Assembly: GCA_951406725.2 (NCBI GenBank)
Contig: OX597831.1
Coordinates: 78,182,001-78,246,000, forward strand
Length of the DNA: 64,000 bases
DNA from: Octopus vulgaris
Taxonomy: Eukaryota
Direction: 5' to 3'
Part shown: positions 27,590-40,342 of the stretch, piece after piece
Numbering within the stretch: position 1 is the stretch's first letter
Layout: each line of letters begins with the position of its first letter
Made by a program: the position numbers and the translations under genes
The notes under the pieces: model-generated
The model's input: only the letters and a program-made list of their open reading frames with translations
Database searches by the model: none
Told to the model about the DNA's origin: nothing

Positions 27590-28275
27590 AATATTCCTTG
27601 GTACACAGCCAGCAAGATAGGGGTTCTGAGTAAGTCAGTTACATGGATGCCAGTACTTATATTATTGACCCCCAAAGGATGAGAAGCAAAGTAGGCCTCT
27701 GCGAAATTTGAACTCAGAACTTAAAGAGGGAGTAAATGGCGCAAAACATCTTGCAGCGCGTGCTAACGATTCCTTTCTACTCTAGGCACAAGGCCCGAAA
27801 GTTTGGGAGAGGGGTTGAGTCCATTAGATCGACACCAGTACGCAACTGGTACTTAATTTATCGACCCAGAAAGGATGAAAGGCAAAGTCGACCTCTGCGG
27901 AAATTGAACTCAGAACGTAAAGATGGACAAAATGCCGCTAAGCATTTTGCCCGGCGTGCTAACCTTTCTGCCAGCTCACCCGCCTTTAAAGTGAGACAGA
28001 TTCTTTTCTACTTTAGACACAAGGCCCGAAATTTTGGGGGAAGGAGCCAGTCGATTAGATCGACCCCAGTTCGCAACTTCTACTTAATATATCGACCCCG
28101 AAAGTATGAAAGGCAAAGTCGACCTCGGCGGAAATAGAACTCAGAACGTAAAGACAGACGAAATACCGCTAAGTATCTTATACGGCATGCTAACGATTCT
28201 GCCAGCCCGCTGCCCTTATGAAGCCAAAGTAAATATTACAAAGCATTTTGTTCGACGCTCTAACGATACCGCCAA
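27590..28275 (-). mobile_element. SINE family C cluster
   Basis: Three or more reverse copies (GGTACTTAATTTATCGACCC...GAACTCAGAACGTAA); another at 26840-27090. Confidence 0.85.
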
Positions 28276-28983
28276 CACGCGGGTCTTCCATTCTTTATAT
28301 ATATAAAAAGTCAAATTAAAGTCCATAACCATATCATTTTCCTTTCTATAGACTGACAATTTTGTCAGAATTATGGCTTTAAAATGAAAAGAAGAAAACG
28401 AATGTAATTGCTTCAAACAGCAAATTTATACCCCAATCCTTTAAATTCAGGTAAAATATCCTCATCCCGCATACCTCACGGGGGTTTGGGCAATAACAAA
28501 AAAAAAACCCTGAAGCGCTAAGTTATCGAATGTAGGTGAGAAAAGGTTGGGTTCCGTAAATTAACATGGCCTTCTGAATGGATAGACATGCGATAGCAAG
28601 AGGTTTATTTAAAGGTGGGGCCGAGATCATAGGAAGCCACATAGAACGGCAGGGAATCACAAAAGACGGAAAAAGACATCGAGGGAGTATAGAGGGGCGA
28701 ACATATTCAAAAAGAACTTTGCTTGGACGCAGATTCAATGTTACATCGTCTTCAGGTGTTTTCGATAAATTGTCAATATCATTCAAGATACACACATACA
28801 AATACATAAATAGATACAGACAAATACAAACATACACACACGCACACACACACCAACACACACACGCGCGCGCACACATACAAACATATATGTGTATTTA
28901 ATCCTATATATATATATATATATATATATATTTACAAACATACATACATATGTATATATGCATAAATATGCATAAATATATAA

Positions 28984-29018
<35 letters not shown>

Positions 29019-29049
29019 AATGTATATATATATATATGTATATATATAT

Positions 29050-29266
29050 ATAAGGCACTCAGTAGACCTCGTGAGCACCGCCAGCAATTTTTTTTTCCTC
29101 TGTCTTCCCTTCTCGGGATCTTTCCTTCTCCTTTGTTTCCGACGAAGAGCTCCGCTCGAAACGTTAAACCCTCCTTCTTTCTTTCTTTCCTGAGCGTCCA
29201 ATAATACTTTATTTGTTCCACGTCCTCGCGTTGCTGTGTTTTTTTTGTGTTTTCTTGTTTGGATTA

Positions 29267-29270
<4 letters not shown>
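29050..29270 (+). mobile_element. PLE-like terminal remnant with minimal HHR motif
   Basis: GTTT-CCGACGA-A-GAGC-TCC-GCTC-GAAA-CG-TT-AAAC at 29135-29169; flanked by (TA)n. Confidence 0.65.
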
Positions 29271-29328
<58 letters not shown>

Positions 29329-29591
29329 AAATTTAGAGGACTTGCTTAGTTTTACATTTTGGTTTTTTGCTGAGATTTTACTTGAGAACACATTCTTCGT
29401 CGTAACGCCGATTTGACGTCTATGTTTAGCATATAGGCTGTCTACTTTTAGTGGTCAGTCCTCTAAATTTTGTATGTGAAACAATTTTTAATCTTCGGAT
29501 TTTTTTAAAATATGGTAAGCCACTGGTTTTAATTGATTAATATCAATTTCTACCCTTTTTAATTATATATATATATATATGTATGTATGTA

Positions 29592-29653
<62 letters not shown>

Positions 29654-29890
29654 ATGACACACACCAACACACAGACTCACTCGTATATCTATAAAGGTTT
29701 GTGCGCTTGTGTGTAGTTATATGTTCACTGATGTGTGTGTGTGTATGTGTGTGCGCGCGTGTGTGTCTACATGTCATAAGGAGTCGTGAGAAACAGTTGT
29801 TGTTGTAATATGTACTCAGGTCAAGTTACCATATAAGGGTACTTCCTTGCTGCAGAGCATTGATTTCTACTTCTACAAGCGGGTGTAAGA

Positions 29891-29946
<56 letters not shown>

Positions 29947-30469
29947 ACGCACATATATGAAAGAAGGGAAGAGAGAGAGAGAAAAGAAGATAAAGTGAGA
30001 AAGCGATAAAATAAATATGAAAGAAAAAATATTTTGCCTCAAGCCACACCGGAAATTCCCAACAATACAAATCAGAAATATATACACACACATGCACTCA
30101 GACACACACACACGCACACACATACACATACACACTTTGATATATACATTCACATAATTCATTCATATATTTTTTGGCATACGCGCATTCATTCATGCAT
30201 GCATACAAACATACATACAAACGTACGTACGTACGTCCGTACAAATTTACATACTCACCCACGCTCATAGATGGCCGTTGAAGCATGCAGATATATCGCT
30301 AACATAACTGAACGTATAAATCGCTGGTTACTCTACTTACACCTTTTATACATTTCACAAACACTGAGTAGTACTCCTCTAGACATGCCTTTGTATATAT
30401 ATCTATATATATATATATATGTGTGTATATATATATATATGTGTGTGTGTATATATATATATCGTGCTT

Positions 30470-30870
30470 AGCAGCCGTCGCGGCAAGACACGTTTTTTCT
30501 CTCTTTGCCCTAAGGCATTTTTCTAACACACCAGCTCAAAGTTTTCTCGTCCTGTCGAAAGATGCCTCCTCTGTGACGTCCTGTTTTTGTTATTATTATT
30601 ATCATTATTGTTTTTACGTATTTTTGTATTCTTATTCGTGTAACATCGTCCGTTTTTCCGTCCTTGTTTTGTATACATTCGAGGCTTTCTTCCAAGGAAC
30701 CTAATGCGCTTGGCTTAGATTTTCCTTTGGAGCAATCTCAAGATTAATCAGCCGAAATTGCGAGGATGATCCGGTTCTTGACTGAAGATTGAAGGTTTCG
30801 AATGTCCCCTCGGTTTTTAGTATCGTCTTCTAAACGTTTTGCGTTCTTGTCCCAGTTTGTATTTTTTTTA
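30470..30870 (+). mobile_element. PLE-like remnant, permuted-HHR family (5' part of motif deleted)
   Basis: GCAAT-C-TCAAGA...CAGCC-GAA-ATTGC...TCTTGA-CTGAAGA at 30732-30788. Confidence 0.6.
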
Positions 30871-30873
30871 CAT

Positions 30874-30927
<54 letters not shown>

Positions 30928-30937
30928 TTGTGTGTAT

Positions 30938-31109
30938 GTTCTTTTATTCGTTTCAGTCATTTGACTGTGGCCATGCTGGAGCACCGCCTTTAGTCGAACA
31001 AATCGACCTCTCGGCCTTTTTTTTTACCAAATCGCTAAGTTAGGGGATCTAAACACACCAACATCGGTTGTCAAGTGATGGTGGTGGAGGCACAAACACA
31101 GACATACAA

Positions 31110-31140
<31 letters not shown>

Positions 31141-31142
31141 CA

Positions 31143-31175
<33 letters not shown>

Positions 31176-31220
31176 TTATACACATACGACCGACCTCTTA
31201 GTTTCTGTCTACGGAATCCA
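30938..31220 (-). mobile_element. SINE family A, partial
   Basis: Tail half plus internal (CATA)n; a head-half copy on + lies at 31997-32136. Confidence 0.8.
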
Positions 31221-31331
31221 CCGAATGGTGCTGTTGTTTCGATCGCAAGGACATGCGCTGTGAATTCGGCGTATCCAATCATTTTACGCATCACCGCTCT
31301 GCACAGTTGCGAGTGTCTACCAAGAAGAGAG

Positions 31332-31630
31332 TGGATGCACATGGCCTAGTGGTTAGAGCAGCGGACTCGCGGTCGAGGTATCGCAGGTTCAAATCTTAGA
31401 CCGAGCAATGTGTGTGTCTATGAGCGAAACATCTAAGCTCCACGCGGCTCCGGCAGAAGGTAAAGGCGAACCTCTGCTGATTCTTTCGCCACAACTTTCT
31501 CTCGCTCTTTCCTCCTGCATCTTGCAGTTCACCTGCGACGGACTGGCGTCTCGTCCAGGTGGGGAACCTATACGCCAAAGAAACCGGGAAACCGGCCCCC
31601 TATAAGCCAAGCATGGCTCAAGAAGGAACA
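31332..31630 (+). mobile_element. tRNA-derived SINE (B-related, GGACTGGCGTCCCGTCCAG tail type)
   Basis: A box TGGCCTAGTGG, B box GGTTCAAATC; tail AGAAACCGGGAAACCGG shared with 45875-46122. Confidence 0.8.
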
Positions 31631-31727
31631 AAAAAAAAAACAACAAGAATAGAAGACCCAATACATAAGGAAACAAACTCATAACAGCGAGACAACAGTT
31701 AGCCAGGAACCAACGAGGGTAGCTTAA

Positions 31728-31946
31728 CCCTGTAACATTTAAAATGATCATATAAGTCCAAAATATCCTACATGATTTATGTTCAAATTAGCAAGGTCTG
31801 GCCTCTCACATCCATGCTCCAATGTCGTTCTAAATGACAACAATCACGGCATTGAAATTTCAAAGCCACGACGTAAGGAACGATTAGTAAAAATCACGGT
31901 GAATAAACAACCAGACTTTTGACAGGACAACCGGAATGCTCAACGG
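31728..31946. mobile_element. Degraded piggyBac-like MITE
   Basis: TTAA-CCCTGTAACATT ... AATGCTCAACGG-TGAA, a decayed CCC..GGG/TTAA architecture. Confidence 0.5.
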
Positions 31947-32135
31947 TGAAACATGGTCATTGGAGATGCTTCGTAATATCAGACAAATCTCACTCGGGTG
32001 TGGCTGTGTTGTAAATAGCTTGTTTACCAGCCACATAGTTCAGGGTTCAATCCTACAGTGTGCCATCTTGGGCAAGTGTCTTCTACAAAGCCTTGTGAGT
32101 GGATCTGGTAAACGGAAACTGGAAGAAGTCCGTCG

Positions 32136-32200
<65 letters not shown>

Positions 32201-32330
32201 AGAAATTGTTTTTTCTGATAATTTTTCCCTCTTAATGATATTTATAAGAACGTTTTGTAAAATTATAAACATTTAATTATTAAAGTGGAAATATTGGGAC
32301 AAATGTCATTTCTATTAATTTTTTCATATA

Positions 32331-32708
32331 CTAGCAGTATCGCCCGGCCTTGCTCGGGTTTGTTTTGACCCTTTAGAATTGGAATTTTTCAAAAGTAAAA
32401 ATTCTGCATTATGTAGCTTGCTATTCTCTTTAAGTGAACATTTTTCTGGTTAAAATACACCGAAAAATGGCGACCCAGCAGTAAAAAAATCGTAAAACAT
32501 AAGGATTTTCATAGAAGAAAAGCACCTTTTTGATGTAAATAATTTTTGGTGTTAACATGGTCCGATTCGAATGAAGAGCAAGCCTTTTTTCTATCCTACT
32601 CTCAATTTTGGTCAACTTGCGTCGCAGGGTCTCGGAGGAGATAGTGTTAGTTGAAGGCAACCAAACCTGCCATCCACAGACAACTTTAGCTTTATATGTA
32701 GAGAGAGA
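32331..32708 (-). mobile_element. Non-autonomous Helitron-like element, copy 1
   Basis: Minus strand starts A|TC and ends with hairpin CCCGAGCAAGGCCGGG then CTAG|T; second copy at 42509-42909. Confidence 0.75.
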
Positions 32709-32753
32709 TATAGAGATATATAATACTGTATCAAAAACTTTCTATTTCTTATT

Positions 32754-32784
<31 letters not shown>

Positions 32785-32799
32785 GTGTGTGTGTGTGTG

Positions 32800-32834
<35 letters not shown>

Positions 32835-33635
32835 GGATAATGAGATTCCGGATTGCTTGCATTTATGAGTAAGAAAAGACTGCCACGGATGGAATGCCGT
32901 TAAGTTTATGAATGTTAATATATTGGTTAATGTTTTGATAGAGGTTAAGTTTGCTCACGTCGACAGTGAGATCTACACAGGCCCATATCCACACAGTTCT
33001 GTACCTACTCAAATACATAGCAAACTACTTACCTGTCTATCTACCTGGAAGTAGACCTAAGGTTAAACAACAACAACATAGATTAACAACATTAAGAAGT
33101 GTCAATGAATTCAAGTGAGATAAATATGACGTAAATGGTTCATTTTTTAAAATCTATTTTCAATCTTATTGATAAAATAATATAAAATAAAATAAAATAG
33201 AAAAAAAAAACAAATTTACCTCTTAACGTATACAAGTCTAGTGTTTAATGAGAGTTGAGACGTGAGGTACATGAAGAAGACAGACAGACAGACAGAGAGA
33301 GAGATAGGTTAAGGTATGTATCGAAGTGGATAGGTAGGCAGGTATGTAGGAAGGTAGGCAGGCAGGTAGATAGAGCGTGAGGGAGGGAAAGAGCTAGGTG
33401 GGTAGGTGGGTGCTGTTTCTATATCACAATGAACAGCTGTCAAGCAGAGGAAACTTAGTCGCTCTCGAAAGTTTTATCACGAATTAAAGGATTAAACCAG
33501 GAGAAAAAGACACTTTGTAAAAAAAACCGCCATTTATTTTGACGTTTTGAGCTCCGTCAATTAATCAATTATATGTATGTATGTTGGTATGTATGTATGT
33601 ATGTATGTATGTATGTATATATATATATATATTTA

Positions 33636-33671
<36 letters not shown>

Positions 33672-34610
33672 CATACATATATATATATGCACACAGATAT
33701 GTGAAGGGGAATATATATATAAATGTATATATATATATATATATACATACATATATAAGTATAATGCATATGTATATATATATATGCATACATACCTATA
33801 GATGTTTAAGTGTATATATTTATATCTATCAATCTATCGTTTTATCTATATATATGTGTGCGTGCGCGCGCACGCGTGTATCTGAGTGTGTGCATGTGAG
33901 ACTATGTCTACAATGTGAGACTATGTCTACAATTGGTGGTGTGTAGGCGTGCGTAGGCGTGCGTAGGCGTACTGTACATAATCACCAAAAAGTCCCCGTA
34001 AAGATCGGAACCTTAGACATCTGTTTATGTAGGCTATAGAAAGAACTGTCCATTTAGATGGAAACACTGTGAGTTTCGAGGCAGGCGAGTTGGCACAAAG
34101 TGTTCTGCAACTAAGAGAAAAGGTTGAGTTGATCGAGGGCTAGTGTTAATAGATCTGTGGGGTCTCCTGACTGGGCTTGGTTGGAAGCCTTTCTGTATGA
34201 GGAGGACTGCATCATCCATGTGTTACCATCATCAGTCCTTCTCAACAGACACCCTTGAAACAAATGCTAAGCACTTAGTCACGCGCCTTTACGGGGACTT
34301 GGTAAAAGATGGGCGGTTGACAGAAGCGGAAGATGGCTGTTTTCAAGACTCGTCTACAAAACAATCTCTTCCTCCGTAGTCGCTAGGCATAGGCAGACCA
34401 TCTACTCCGCCTTCATCGCGGCCAATGGTGGAGCGACCCTCACGATGGCGACTACTGATGGCTGGATTCGTTCAATACGCGGAAACAGCTGCACTACACA
34501 ACTCTGCAATTCAGCAATACTTAAACAAGGCCCTTGCGAATGTAGTGAGTTTCGTGGCTGTGGGCGCATCTCGAACAGTCCTTCCTGGCGGTATTTCTCT
34601 ACTTATGTAG

Positions 34611-35156
34611 TTTATATAGAACTCGTAGTGCATCTCAGTAGCGCTGCCAGGATAACGCGAATTTTTCCCCACGAGAGTTCTGGACCCCAGTTATGAACTC
34701 ATTTGCATACTGCCAATCAGAGCACAACTATCAAACTAATTTATGAGCGCATAATTGATGGGCGATAAGATAAGGTCACTTTTCACTTTCAAGAATGCTT
34801 GTTTTTGTTCGTTTCAACCATGGCTGCCTCTGCGTAGTTATTTGTATTGCTTTATACTTTGTAAAACAGATGTCGCTAGCACATCACCCTCTACCCACAT
34901 TTTTCCCATCCGTGTCTTTACCATATGGGGCCTCTAACAAAATCCGATAATAGGTATAGATGCAAATCTAATCATTTGCCCCCAAAATAACTTGGCGATC
35001 GGTCGACTTACAGCACCGTTCTTCGTCTTGAGTTTACTTGGTAGTGTGTGTTTGTTAACTTGACAACAAGGTCAAGGTGAGCTCTGATTGGCTGTATGCA
35101 AATGAGTTGATTACTGGGATCCGGAACACCCGTGGGAAGAAAACTTAGCATCCTGG
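34611..35156. promoter_or_regulatory. Inverted pair of octamer + CCAAT modules, TATA box on the leftward side
   Basis: CTCATTTGCATAC-TG-CCAAT at 34698-34717 and its reverse complement at 35087-35106, within about 77-bp inverted arms; TATATAAA on the minus strand at 34611-34618. Confidence 0.45.
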
Positions 35157-36050
35157 ACGTCCTCCAAAACAGGCCAGCTAGTTTATTCTTGTCGTGACTT
35201 AGATTTTTTCCCCGAAATGTTAATGCTCTTCTGCACCACTAGGTCCTCCAAAATTGCTAAAGTAGAACTTCTACCATCAGTATAGCCCGTCTGGTAGAGT
35301 ATGACAAATTCCTGACGATATTCCAGAGGCAAGACGCTAAATCTTAATCTTTTCTGGAATCCGAACACCATCACCATAACAACAAAATCAGCTGCAGTTG
35401 ATTGTGTCCTAAGACGGGGATCACACCTGGACACCATCCAGAAAAAATCTTCAGATAGCACGACCTTAGTGCACTGGCGTTGGCTACAGATAGTCAGCTT
35501 GAGCAATGGAATGCGGTTTTTAAACAGGAAACGAAAAACCAGATGCTTAAGTGCTGCCAAAGGTGGAATGTGTCAAGACAAAATGGTCAGACGATAAATT
35601 ATTCTCGCCCATTAGAGAGTAGATTCCTTTCTTGGCCATTTCTGAACGAGGATAACCTCCCTGCTACTTACCTCGTCCCAGCTCTTTTCAGTGTGGAGGT
35701 CTGAAGCACACAACATGCCGTAAAGTTTAACACCAATCTATCTGTCCGGCAATCTACGACGTTGATCGATGGCATATACTTACCTGTTCAGGTACCAAGC
35801 TTCAAGTCCTTCACCTTGTGTATATTTGTTCCTGCTATCTTCACATATTCCTTTGAATGGTACCGACTACTTCAAGTTCTGTAATGTTCAACGCCATTAT
35901 AGTGACGTTATAGAGTGATGTCATATAGTGACGTAGCCCAGTCTCCAAAGAGATGCCCATCAGAGGATTTGGTTTCCGCAGGAATTGCTCCTAAGTGCCA
36001 GTGCGCGATGGAATGCTGCTGCTGCTGCTGCTGTTGTTGTTGTTGTTGTT

Positions 36051-36237
36051 GTTAAGCAACAAGACGGGTAAGGGTGATTAGGTGATGGTCTAGGGCTTAA
36101 GGGTGGGAGACCCCAGACCTTGGAAAGAAAAACTTTGGTCGTCTTGTAGTCGAGGGCTCTTCGTTGACGCCCGACACCACTGGGAGGTGGCCCTCGAAGT
36201 CGCTGGAAATGGAGGTCTCCAGGTCCAAATTCTTGAA

Positions 36238-36240
<3 letters not shown>
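36051..36240 (-). repeat. GC-rich 190-bp interspersed repeat, copy 2
   Basis: Inverted copy of 25956-26145 with the same CAG/CAA flanks. Confidence 0.85.
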
Positions 36241-36268
<28 letters not shown>

Positions 36269-36684
36269 CGACGACGACGACGATGATGACGACGATGAAT
36301 TTCATTTACTTGCCAAGCCCGGGGGTGATGAGAGATTTCGATTGAAGAAGGCATTGCAGAGACAGGTTATACAAAATGTGCGCGTTTTTTTTTTTACGGA
36401 GAACTGGATGGGAGTGGGGGGGGATTGAACTTACGCATTGAAATAATTATAATTATAAGGATTTTTAATAGTTTTTTTCATACAAGTTTCAGTATCGATG
36501 CGATACTGCTGAATTTTTATATAAAATATCTGTTGTTGTTGTTATTGTTGTATTTGTTGTTGTTGTCGATTGATGTTGTAATCACCTTTATCACCGACGT
36601 CATTGTTGTTATTGCTGCGCTGTTCTTAGTTTTTGTTATTCTCCCCACCACCTTCTCCTCACCTCGACAACACTTAATCTACCC

Positions 36685-36692
36685 TCCATACA

Positions 36693-36769
<77 letters not shown>

Positions 36770-36849
36770 TTATATATATATATGTATTATATATATATGT
36801 ATGTATATATATATATACATATGTATGTATATATATACATATACATACG

Positions 36850-36881
<32 letters not shown>

Positions 36882-36887
36882 CATATG

Positions 36888-36922
<35 letters not shown>

Positions 36923-36936
36923 ATATATACATATAC

Positions 36937-36980
<44 letters not shown>

Positions 36981-36999
36981 ATATATACATATACATATG

Positions 37000-37052
<53 letters not shown>

Positions 37053-37059
37053 GTATATA

Positions 37060-37144
<85 letters not shown>

Positions 37145-37145
37145 C
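36685..37145. repeat. Long compound (TA)n/(CATA)n tract
   Basis: Direct reading. Confidence 0.97.
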
Positions 37146-37554
37146 TTACATGCTACACGTAGGCTTGAGGGCCTTCATAACTGCTTGTTATCAGATATCG
37201 ATTTTGACAAGTTCACCTCAGAGTTCACCACCCCACACGAAGCACGGAAGCTGATAAGCTCTACTCTGTCTGCTCTTTATGTTCGACGCACACATAAATA
37301 AATAGATAAATAAATAGATAAATAAATAAATAAATAAAATAGATAGATATTATAAATAAATAGATATAAGACGGACTTCTTCCCACTGCCGAGCACCCTG
37401 TCCTGCCCTCATTCCCGTTTTCTCCCTGCCATGAAATTTGCCAACCACCAAAACCCTATCCCACCAGAAAAAAAGAAAAAAATAGTTATACAAGAGAAAC
37501 TCACTGCTACTACGGCTGTTGCTATAACTTCTCCTCGTCCTACTCCTCCTGCAA

Positions 37555-37558
37555 GCAT

Positions 37559-37616
<58 letters not shown>

Positions 37617-37810
37617 GCTACTACTACTACTACTACTTCTACTGCCACCATCACTAATGATACCACCACCACCGCCAACACAATCACCACCGTCACCACC
37701 ACTAAAACTACTACTCCTACTACCATTACCATGACCGCCAACACAATCAGTACTACTGCTGTCACCACCACCATTATCAATACTACCACCACCACCACCA
37801 CTACTACTAT

Positions 37811-37852
<42 letters not shown>
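37555..37852. repeat. (ACT)n/(ACC)n low-complexity tract
   Basis: Direct reading; explains the poly-S/T/V pseudo-ORFs. Confidence 0.95.
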
Positions 37853-37925
37853 ACTTGTTAGTCTCAAAGGAAACAGATTTAAGCACGTTAACATTAAGGT
37901 CCGATAACCTAGAAGAAAGTTCGGA

Positions 37926-37959
<34 letters not shown>

Positions 37960-38217
37960 AATAGGATAAGCATAAAGTACAGTATATACCATTTGTTCCT
38001 TACGAACGTTTCGCCGTTGTGGGTAGACGCATCCACTGCAGTGGGTATTGAGAGTGCAATGGAATGCTGACCCAAAACCGTTGTTCACAGAAACACTTCC
38101 TTACATTACGTCAACACATCAAAGGAAATATTACGCGCGTGCCCTCGAGCACACACGTACTCCCCGAGCCCACCCACCCCCCGACACATACGCACACAGG
38201 TATACTTATACGTATAA

Positions 38218-38447
38218 GGCGGCGAGCTGGCAGAAACGTTAGCACGCCGGGCGAAATGCTTAGCGGTATTTCGTCTGCGTTACGTTGTGAGTTCAAAATC
38301 CGCCGAGGTCGACTTTGCCTTTCATCCTTTCGGGGTCGATAAATTAAGTACCAGTTACGCACTGGGGTCGATGTAATCGACTTAATACCTATGTCTGTCC
38401 TTGTTTGTCCCCTCTGTGTTTAGCCCCTTGTGGGTAATAAAGAAATA
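38218..38447 (+). mobile_element. SINE family C, full-length young copy with target-site duplication
   Basis: AGGTATACTTATAC is present both upstream (about 38198) and directly after the tail (about 38447). Confidence 0.93.
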
Positions 38448-38977
38448 GGTATACTTATACACGTAGATGTGTATGCGTGTGTGTGTGTATGTATGAATGG
38501 GATGACGTGAACCACAGGACTATCGGATGTTGTTATACATCGCTGGCCCCAATGCTTTGCATAGTTATAGCTATCGAAGGATGCCACCTCGCTGGGCAGG
38601 CGTGCAAACGGACATACCCCTTGACTGGAAGGCTGTACCGCCGTGAGGCTACCCATTTATAGGGGAGTGGACGGGATCGAAATCAACAGAACACAAAACG
38701 CCACCCGAACTCACGGTCAAGCGATTGTGAGTGCAACACACTAAATACTAGGGCCACGCAACTTCGTATATATATATGTGTGCATGTGTGTGTGCGTGTG
38801 AGTGTGTGTGTGTTTGTGGATACGTTTACACATGAATGTATTCATAGATATAAATATGTGTGTGTGTGTTTATATATGTACATGCCTGTGTGTGTACATA
38901 TATATATATATATATGTGTGTATATATGTATATATATATATATATATCTATATATGTATATCTATATGTATATATGA

Positions 38978-39015
<38 letters not shown>

Positions 39016-39125
39016 ACGAGCGTGTGTTTATGTGTGTGTGTATACATCAATATATGAAAGTACGCATGCATATATACATACATACGTACATACATACGTA
39101 CGTACATACATACATATATATATAC

Positions 39126-39170
<45 letters not shown>

Positions 39171-39171
<1 letters not shown>

Positions 39172-39317
39172 TTTATTTAAAAGCAGCAGAAATATAACAG
39201 CTTTTGTTATATTTCTGCTGCTTTTAAATAAAGCATATTACTCTACCTCTGGTATTTGAGTACTCTTTTTTCCACCCTGTTTCACATTTACGTGCTTACT
39301 CGGTATATATATACTTT

Positions 39318-39367
<50 letters not shown>

Positions 39368-39530
39368 AAAGTTTACGAAAAAAACAAAAGACGAAGACAG
39401 GTGGTGTACAAAACAAACAGATGTATTAGTATAATGCTCAGGAATAGTAAAAGTCTTTTACGTTTCGAGCCTACGCTCTTCTACAGAAAGGGACGCAGAA
39501 AAAACAAGGAGAGAAAAATATATGTGTAGT
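39171..39530. mobile_element. Two PLE-like remnants: 29-bp perfect hairpin element and HHR-bearing element
   Basis: Arms 39171-39199/39205-39233; minus-strand CTTT-CTGTAGA-A-GAGC-GTAG-GCTC-GAAA-CG-TA-AAAG at 39455-39490. Confidence 0.65.
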
Positions 39531-39604
39531 GGCTGCGTTTCCGTTTTGTGGCACGTCTATGGATAACAACATCAATGTATGTTCGTGTGTATATACAATA
39601 CAGA

Positions 39605-39848
39605 GGTTGAGTGCAATTGGAAGTATCAGCACTCAACTGCCAACATGCCCCCTAAAAGATTTCTCCAAATGTAAACATAGAAAACCTACAAAAATCATCA
39701 TTCCTTGGAACTGCAAGAATTCTCCGCAAAGTCCTTCACCGCATGACCAGTAAACAAGTGCCACCTGAGTCTGCTGGCTGAGGACGGCTCACATTTTTCA
39801 TCAAAAACAGGAAAATAAGCTGAGTTTTCATGAAGCAATGATAATAAT
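39605..39848 (+). mobile_element. R4/Dong-like (RLE) non-LTR retrotransposon 3' fragment
   Basis: Peptides AIGSISTQLPT and QKSSFLGTARILRKVL, followed by ATAATAAT. Confidence 0.6.
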
Positions 39849-40054
39849 TGTTTCAAATCTTTGACACAAAGCCAGTCTGTTGCTTTCCCGTTTATTTATT
39901 TATTTATTCATTTTTAGGAAAGCGTTATGTCAGTAGTATCCACTCCAGTACTCAGCTAGCACACTATTTTCTCGATCTCGAAAGCAGGAAGGCTAAGGCA
40001 AAATAATGTAAGTCTTGAGACAAGATTTAGCCAGTATCCTCCAAAGGTGTATTT

Positions 40055-40262
40055 CCCCTTCTTCTTCTTCATTTTCTCCTTCGTTTTCTTCTTCTTCTTC
40101 TTCTTCTTCTTCTTCTTCTTCTTCTTCTTCTTCTTCTTCTTCTTCTTCTTCTTCTTCTCCTCCTCCTCCTCCTCCTCCTCCTCCTCCTCCTTCTTCTTCT
40201 TCTTCTTCTTCTTCTTCTTCTTCTTCTTCTTCTCATCCCCTCCTCCTCCTCTTCTTCTTCTT

Positions 40263-40340
<78 letters not shown>
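40055..40340. repeat. Compound (CTT)n/(CCT)n/(ATT)n repeat
   Basis: Direct reading. Confidence 0.97.

Positions 40341-40342
<2 letters not shown>

Noticed and set aside
28500-28770. Possible hammerhead with a 200-nt stem II insertion (CTGAAGA on the minus strand)
   Set aside because: The GAAA, stem III and stem I partners could not be assigned convincingly.
34698-35106. Histone H2A/H2B gene pair suggested by the H2B-box motif
   Set aside because: No histone ORF or 3' stem-loop is present on either side.
35776-35786. ATACTTACCTG, identical to the U1 snRNA 5' end
   Set aside because: The downstream sequence does not resemble U1; it is better read as a minus-strand splice donor.
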